Shown piece after piece: positions 56,091 to 64,000 of a stretch of 64,000 nt of DNA. Under the pieces are notes generated by a model. It was not told where the DNA came from, did not search any database, and saw nothing but the letters and a program-made list of their open reading frames with translations. How positions within the stretch are numbered: the stretch's first letter is position 1; each line of letters opens with the position of its first letter. The position numbers were made by a program, and so were the translations under genes. The DNA is from Octopus vulgaris (taxonomy: Eukaryota): positions 80,414,001 through 80,478,000 of the forward strand of contig OX597826.1 of the NCBI GenBank assembly GCA_951406725.2, given 5' to 3'.

Positions 56091-56948
56091 ATCGTGCAGT
56101 CTTCAAATCCGGTAAAGGTCAACGTTGTCTTTCATCCTTTTTAGGGATCGATAAATAAGGAACAAGTCCAAGATTATGGAATCGTTGAATTCTTAGCGTT
56201 TCAGACAGCATACCTTGTGGAGTTTCTTCTGTATCTTTGCGTTCTGAGTTCTTGGTTAAATAGAGAATCGGACTAAGTCTATCAACTCCTATAACCTGGA
56301 TTTTCAGTGCCGTCGGCGGAATTACTTTGGTTGCAATATTTGAACCAAATCTGCACCTTGACGATAATGACCTCTTTGTTCTCCCCCTCCCCCACACACA
56401 CTCACTAATCTTGAAGACCTTGAATGGTCCAAAGGCCCAGGGGTGTTGTCACAAAAGCAAATAACTCAATAAACAATTCTAAAGAAATGAGAAGCAAAAC
56501 TTTCATACATTTACCAAATTCTTTGTTTATTATTTAGCTCTTCAAAAAAAACGTCAGGATTTCAATATTTTACTCGTGTAACCCCGATTGGGGGGTAATT
56601 AACACAACCATGAAGATCAATATTTGGAAGAAGCATTAAAATATTTCATCAAAGATTTAAACAAACAAAAAAAATACAGTTTCTTCTGGCTTTTCTGTGA
56701 CGTCACATTTCTTTAAACATGTTTTTATTTTAGTTCTAATTTATGGAGTTTTGCAAATAAGGACAGATTTTTGAATTTTTGTCACTTTATTTTCTTTTGT
56801 AGAGACAAAATTAAACTATTATTAACAGGCATAAAATTTCAAAATACTCTGACAGTTCAGCGTTACCGTATTTTCATGGACTTAAAACTAGAAACTAATG
56901 CATACATATATACAGGCTGAAGTATTTCTACTTCCACAGATATGTACA

Positions 56949-57022
<74 letters not shown>

Positions 57023-58410
57023 AAGATGAGAGAGGGAAAGAGAGTTGCCGATAACTTCTATGGGCTCTTTAATAATTTATTTTCTATTATTTGAAAAGGG
57101 GAATTTATCCCGAAATATTATTGGATTATTAAATAGCCTACATAAAGTAATACAATAATTTTATCTTTTTCATTCATTGACATCACCTTTACATATGTTC
57201 ATTAAGCCTTCATTCGCATTCTTCAATGGTTTTAAAAGCATTTATCTCCTGTAAATGCGCGTGAGCGCCAACACACGCACACATGCAGTCAGAATGTGTT
57301 TCTTTCACAAAAAGGACTATACAGCTTGAAATAAATTATTACACACAATTATTTATACAGACACATCCATACAAACTCAAACATATAATACATACATGCA
57401 TATAACACACATATATATATGCATATTACATTTAACAGGCAGAATCATTCATAAAATTAATGACCAACAAAAATATTTTGATGAATAATAAAATAAAGTG
57501 TTTGGTTTGGGTGGAATTTTTGAAGAAATGTTTCGAGGGTGACATATGTAGCATTTTACAACGACGAGTTCTTTATGACAGAAAGAAAATAGTAGAAAAA
57601 TATATCATTCCCAAAACCCATAATAAATGAGAGTCAAATAAGAGAAAAAGTACTCAATACTTGGTGCAGAAAACAACCACATTTACTCCTTATCTGAAGT
57701 TTCGTGCTATTAATTACGTTTCGTGCTTACGCACCATACAAATGGTAGCATGGAATATTGCAATAACAGGTTTCATTATCTAAGCTGCCATTAAGAATTC
57801 ACAAACTCACGACAACTTGGATAATGTGTGGTCATGGCAACGATCCGTGACTATGGTAATTCCTAACTAAAAGATGACATTTTTCAAACCGGAAGATAAC
57901 ACTGTTCGGTTTTATTTTGATAATCCAAGAATGACAACGAAGTAAATAAGCAAAATTGTTAATTGGAATAAGCAGTTTGCTAAAATGATTTTTGCTTGAC
58001 TTCATAACAGAGTTCTTCGTGTTGGTTCCTTAATCTCTATAATGTATCGTGGTGTTCATAATAATGTAATCTACTCGGGAGAGGTAAGAATTCCAGTAAC
58101 CACTGACCATCAGCTTTACTTATATAAAACAAAAAAGGCCTTCCTGTGTAGACAGAAAAATTCTGTGGTGCATTGCCAAAGAATAAAGTACCCCCGACTA
58201 CATCTCCATCTTTCGAAGTCTGTTGAGAACTGAAAGCGGAAACAGAAATTCTTCAACATCCTCACACGAGTGAGACAGGATTATCTCCTATCAACACAAT
58301 TCTTTCCTCTCATCATTGTTCCAAATACTGGAACACAGTCGACTATAGGGAGACACCGAACGGATTTGGACATTGCATTCCTGGCATACATACACACACA
58401 CACGTGAGTG

Positions 58411-58447
<37 letters not shown>

Positions 58448-58451
58448 TTTT

Positions 58452-58829
58452 CTTTCTTCTATTTGTTTCAGTCAGTTGACTGCGACCATGCTGAAGCACC
58501 ACCTTTAGTTGAGCAAATCGCCCCCAAGACTTATTCCTTGTAAACCCAGTACTTATTCTATCAGTCTCTTTTGCCGAACCGCTAAGTCACGGGAACGTAA
58601 ACACATCGGTTGTCAAGTGATAGTGGAGGGACAAACATATATACACACACATATACATACATATATATATATATACACGACGGGCTTCTTTCAGTTTCCG
58701 TCTATCAAATTCACTCACAAGGCTTTGGTTGGCCCGAGGCTATAGTAGAAGACAGATAGTGTCTTCTACTGAACCCGGAACCATGTGGTTGGTAAGCAAG
58801 CTACTTACCACACAGTCACTCCTTCGCCT
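58452..58829 (-). mobile_element. SINE family A copy
   Basis: Reverse complement of 30822-31200. Confidence 0.9.
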
Positions 58830-58842
58830 CTCTCCCTCTCTT

Positions 58843-58884
<42 letters not shown>

Positions 58885-59289
58885 GCATATGTGTTTGCAT
58901 ACATTCATAGTTTGTGGATGTATGTATGGAAAGAGAGAGAGAGAGAGAGACTAAGCTTACCTTTCTATTGTTCCTCAAATTTTCTCACTAAAATACTTCT
59001 GGTTCAAAATCTTTGATGTATGTATAACTAGCTTCCTCTCATGTGTGTGTGATCTTAGAATTCGCAAGTCAGAAAAAATATGCCCCCTTATATTTGGCAA
59101 TAGGATGGGTATATTATCTAGATTATGTTAAGCTGAGAAAAGAATCATATAAATTCTTAGCACCCGGGTACCTACCTAAACTGCAAGAATGAGATCTTTA
59201 GCTCTTGTCCACACGAGAAAAATTATACATTCATCTTACTTGTGGGCCCCGTCATGACTACAGTCACTGGGTTATCCGCCTTCATCCCT

Positions 59290-59830
59290 TCAACCATAAA
59301 ATCGCGAAAACCCAGCAAAGAGTTTAACCAAAGCCACATAAAAACACACAGACACATAAACGTTCAAACATAGGCTTAAAGGTTCCGGCACCGCCCAACA
59401 CCTCCATTCCCCAAAATCTCTACACTTATAAACCCATACACACATTCCAACCATAAACTCTACCCACCCCACGCCACTATATATATTTTCTCCAGACTTT
59501 TGCCGCGTTGCAGCGTCTCAGATACTTCTAGAGCCAAGGGACAGAACTCTTAAAACTCTTATTCAGGGCGCCTCCGACAACTTCGTTACATCTTTCTCGG
59601 CAGCATCCACAAACTGGATGTAACACTTTTCACGTCCAATAACAAAGAGCAGTCACCATATATCTTACATGCCTGCCGTCTCTGAAGAGTACGTGGCACT
59701 ACTTAACCATGCTGTTATATAATATCCGGTTATTTAATACTCAGTGCAAAACCGATTGGTAAGATTGGCTGAAATGGATCTACGTTACAGAACCACACTC
59801 TTCCACTGTTTTTCCCTGGAATATAATTTA
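59290..59830 (+). mobile_element. Penelope-like relic with decayed hammerhead (59676-59768)
   Basis: GIY-YIG-end-like remnant (RYIFLGSIH/TGCN), then CCGTCT-CTGAAGA-GTAC...GTGC-AAAA(GAAA mutated)-CC-gatt-GG-TA-AGATTGG. Confidence 0.55.
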
Positions 59831-60159
59831 CATTGAAAGGCATAGTTTTTACAGCTTCAGACTCAATGCTAGGGCTAAAACACTAAACTTTAGCATTGCG
59901 CAGTGTCGTCATTATTAGCAGTTGCAATCGTAATAATTTTATTAAGCTTTCATTCTGCAGAGGCTTAGGCTTTTTTTTGTAATATTTTGTGATCCTCACC
60001 ACCCTCGCTTGATTTGAAGAGATAATATCGGGTCCCTTTGATACAGCACATGAAAGATGAAGCTCACTAATAGTTTTTCTTTTTTTCTTCTTCTTTGGTA
60101 TTTGATTGCGTATATAAAATGACAGTGTCTCTATCTCTTAATATATATATATATATATA

Positions 60160-60357
60160 GGGAGAGTTTACGAAAACAAAAACAAAAGATGAAGACAGAT
60201 GGTGTACAAAATAAACAGATGTATTAGTATAACGCTCAGGAATAGAAAAAGTCTTTTACGTTTCGAGCCTACGCTCTTCTACAGAAAGGGACACAGAAAA
60301 AAGCAAGGTAAGAAACAAGGAGAGAAAAAATGTGTGTAGTGGCTAACGATCTATCAT
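60160..60357 (-). mobile_element. (TA)n-embedded Penelope-like repeat with minimal hammerhead-like motif (60253-60288)
   Basis: Minus: CTTT-CTGTAGA-A-GAGC-gtag-GCTC-GAAA-CG-TA-AAAG. Confidence 0.65.
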
Positions 60358-60518
60358 GTACATTGTCGTAATACAATCTAATTACCAAATGTATTATTAT
60401 TATTATATTTGCGTAATAATCATCTTTCTTCTCTGACTGCTAAAGCACAGTTATTTACAGAAGCTTGCTTTTAAGGGGGATAACAAAATAAATACATCAG
60501 ACATTTATTTTTTCCCTG

Positions 60519-60697
60519 CATCATCATCCTTATCGTTTAACGTTCGTTTTCCGTGCTGGCATGGGTTTGACGGTTCGACAGAAGCTTGCAAAGCCATGAG
60601 CAGCACCAGGTCTCATTATCTGTTTTGTCATGGTTTCTGCAGCTGGATGCCCTTCCTAATGCCAACCACTCCGAGAGTGTATTGGGTGCCTTTTACG
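60519..60697 (-). mobile_element. SINE-like repeat 3' portion with (ATG)n tail (second copy at ~61246-61580)
   Basis: catcatc..gtttaacgttcgttttccgtgctggcatgggtttgacggtt...gctggatgcccttcctaatgccaaccac occurs twice. Confidence 0.7.
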
Positions 60698-61907
60698 TAT
60701 GTAAAGAAGCTTTCCAGATATTTGAGAATTGTTTCTCTTTTTCCAGAAATATATTCAAACCAAAATGCTATTCAAATAAATTTAGATAGATGTTTTATAA
60801 CGTGGCTGACTGATCCGTATGAACAATATATTACTTAGGTATTTTGTATCATTAATCTCTGAATTATGAAAAACATAGTCAGCTCGAATCTAGAAAGATG
60901 CCATCCCCCACCCCACGCCAGTGTGGACAGGTCTATCTCAACACACAACCGTCTGAGCTGTAAGAAAAATATGAATTGGGAAGGTGAGGGGTTCGTTGAT
61001 TATGGTAACCCTAGCACTTGACCTTAGCAAGATTTGAACTCAGAATGTAGAGCGATGTACATAAATACCACACGATGTTGTGACACTAACAATCCAACTA
61101 ATACACCAATCCTTAAGAACTGACTTCCGTACTCAAATGGTACTTCAATCAATGCCACTGACCCCAGCACTTGACTGGTATTTTATCATCTGGTAGAAGG
61201 GTTCAGCAGCAGTGGCAGGGGTTACTTAATCTGTACAATATTATTATCATCATCATCAACAGCATCAGTTAATGTCCACTTTCCTTGCTGGCATGGGTTG
61301 AACGGTTTGAAAGGGGCTGGCAAGGTTAGAGAACTGTGCTAGGTTCCATTACCTATTTTGGTATTGTATCTACAGCTGCATGTCCTCCCTAACACCAACC
61401 ATGTTACAGAGTGTACTGGATGTTTTTTACATGGCACCAACACCAGGGACTTTTTAAATGATGTCAGCACCAGGGCTTTTTTCACGTGGCACCTGCACCA
61501 GTTCTTTTTCCACGTGGTACCAGCACCAGGGCATTTTATGTGTACACCAGCACTGACAGGGTCACCAGGTACCTTGCAAGACAAGACAGGACAAAAACAA
61601 ATATCAGATTAATAATTATCTTATGTATCATGAAGAAGATGAGATGTGAAAACAACTCGGGAGACTTGGAATTCTGAATGTAAATGAGACACAAGGAAAT
61701 AAAAGATATTTTGACCAGCCTTCTACTGAGGAGGATGGCCATCGATGCTGGCATCACCTTTGATGGGCTGCCTTAAGCAAAAGTAAGCTACTGAATCGGT
61801 TATTGACTAATCTAAGAATTTTACTGGTTTTAAAAACCTCAACTTTTCTGAAGTTTGAGGGGAAATAAGCAGTCGGTTGTCTGGTAATTCATTTTGTTGA
61901 CCTCACC

Positions 61908-62227
61908 CAGTGCTGGATTTAGACCTAGGGAAGCCCCTCGTTTTGGGGGAACCCTATCATTTTGCACATTCAAAACAAAATAGAGAGTCCCAGTAAATCT
62001 AAATCTAAAAGGGCCCAATAAATCAAATGAGGGCTCAATAATTTCAAAAGAACTCGATTGGATTTTAAAAATTGTAAACAAATTTAAAAAAAAAAAAATG
62101 CAAATTATTTATTTGACAGCAGTGAATTCTTCAGCTCCAAGTTTTAGGCTTCTCTGAGTTAAATTGGTCCCCAATGCTAGGGGTCCCTGAGCCATGACCC
62201 ATACTGGCCCATTCATAAATCTGGCCT
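61908..62227. mobile_element. Possible MITE with imperfect TIRs
   Basis: cagtgctggattta ... taaatctggcct. Confidence 0.4.
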
Positions 62228-62726
62228 AGATTCCACCCCACTCAGACTTGAACTCAGAACATAAAGGGATGTATCTACAAAACTTTCATGTCAAGGAAGT
62301 AATTCTGTCATTCCGAAAAAGAGAGAGAAGGAGAAGAGAAAGAAAGAAAAATGAGAACAACATTCGTAAACTTAATAAACCAGTAATAAATAAATCAAAA
62401 AAGAAAAATGTAATAACATATAAAAAAAAAAGTAAATCTACAATGGAAAAAACAAACAAACAAAAATAGAGAATAAATAAATAAGATAATAAAAGATGTT
62501 GGAATTTCTTTGGTAAACTGAAAACTTTTGCAGTTATTTGCTAAACAGAAAAGAAAACAGAAAAGAAAACAGCAATGAGGAGATAAATAAAGGAGATGGA
62601 TAAGTTGTTAAGTTGTAGACTCTGGGTTTTGCTGCTCAAAATCATTTTTTGCTTCAGACATTTTGGATGAACACATCTGAAGTTCAAACATCAATGATTC
62701 TAACAAGAGACTTGGATGTTGTTGTT

Positions 62727-63185
62727 TGTGTGTGTGAATGTATGTATATCAATATATGTAATATATGTATGTCTATACATGTATGTGTCTACATAGGTGT
62801 GTTTGTGTGTGTGTGTGCATGTGTCTGTGTAGGTATGAGAATCTCTGAAGGTAGGTGTATGCGTGTCTATGTACATTGTAGGTGTATGTATCTATATAGG
62901 TGTGTGTGTGAGTGTGTATGTATATCAATATATGTAATATATGTATGTCTATACATGTGTGTGTCTACATATGTGTGTGTGTGTATGTGTGCATGTATCT
63001 GTGTAGGTATGAGAATCTCTGAAGGTAGGTGTATGCATGTCTATGTACGTTGTATGTGTATGTATCTATATAGGTGTGTGTGTGAGTGTGTATGTATATC
63101 AATATATGTAATATATGTATGTCTATAGATGTGTGTGTCTACATATGTGTGTGTATCTATATAGGTAGGTGTGTCTGTGTGTGTG
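62727..63185. repeat. ~175-bp tandem repeat (about 2.5 units) built on degenerate (GT)/(AT) sequence
   Basis: Marker tatcaatatatgtaat at 62747, 62923 and 63097; ggtatgagaatctctgaaggtagg occurs twice. Confidence 0.9.
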
Positions 63186-63831
63186 AGTTTATACAAACGC
63201 ATTTATGTTTCCGTAGGAGTGTGTATCTATGTGGATGTATATGTCTATGTTTTGTGTGTGTGTGTGTGTGTGTGTGTGCATGGATATCTATGTAGGTTTG
63301 TGTGTATGCAAACAGAGGTGTGTAAGTGTGTGTGTGTGTGTGTGTATTTGAAATAGAAATTCATTAAGGAAGTTGTTGCCAGAGGCTGCATGGAACAGAA
63401 GTTTGGCATCAGAAGTTGAAGTCTTAAGCCAACAAGAAAATGTGTCATTCAGGTTACATTTAGGATGACAACAACAACAAATACAACAACAACACCAACA
63501 ACTGTGGGTGAACACATCAATTATCTGAGAATAAAAAAGAAAATAAAAACCTTATTTAATGGAGAAGAAAAATTTAAAAAAAAGGCAACAGAGACAAAAA
63601 ATACATTAATGGATTTCTTTGGTTTTTGTTTTGTTTTCTTTGCTTTCGATTCGTTTTCTCTTTCTTTTTCTTTTCTTTTAAAATTGTTTTACATTCACAA
63701 AAAAAATCCAAAACCGGTAATGAACCTTGAGCTTCAGCAAATTAATAAGCAGTTAGGAAGAGAGAGAGACCAAACAAAGAAAGACTGGATTTTAAAGAAT
63801 CGTAGAAGCATGAGGCATAAAACCACAAGTT

Positions 63832-63881
<50 letters not shown>

Positions 63882-64000
63882 GCATGAATGTAAGAGGAAC
63901 TAAAGAGAAATGGGAAGCAACAATCCAAGGATCCAAGTGTAGGAAGTTAGTAAGCTTCAACCCTGGATGGCATCCAGTAGAGATGACAAAGGATGAACAA

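Overview
Eukaryotic, AT-rich, extremely repeat-dense non-coding DNA. The SINE families and dense (TA)n/(CA)n/(TACA)n/(AAT)n/(GA)n microsatellites are typical of an octopus (coleoid cephalopod) genome; this assignment is by recognition, not database search. No intact protein-coding gene is supported, and nearly all listed ORFs are translations of microsatellites. The window holds: several tRNA-headed SINE families; decayed LINEs (CR1-like, R4/Dong-like inside (AAT)n, HERO-like, RTE-like, Tx1/L1-like); two mariner relics; Helitron/Helentron-type and MITE-type DNA elements; and Penelope-like relics. The most interesting signals are (i) about 10 hammerhead-ribozyme motifs, one apparently intact (21138-21223) and one family with a CUGUNGA core variant; (ii) a U6 snRNA retrocopy fused to the 3' tail shared by a CR1-like LINE and the main SINE family; (iii) a ~560-bp non-coding element that always sits in (AAT)n in the same orientation as the Dong-like LINEs; and (iv) many fold-back inverted duplications at element junctions. 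A few weak exon candidates are given at low confidence.
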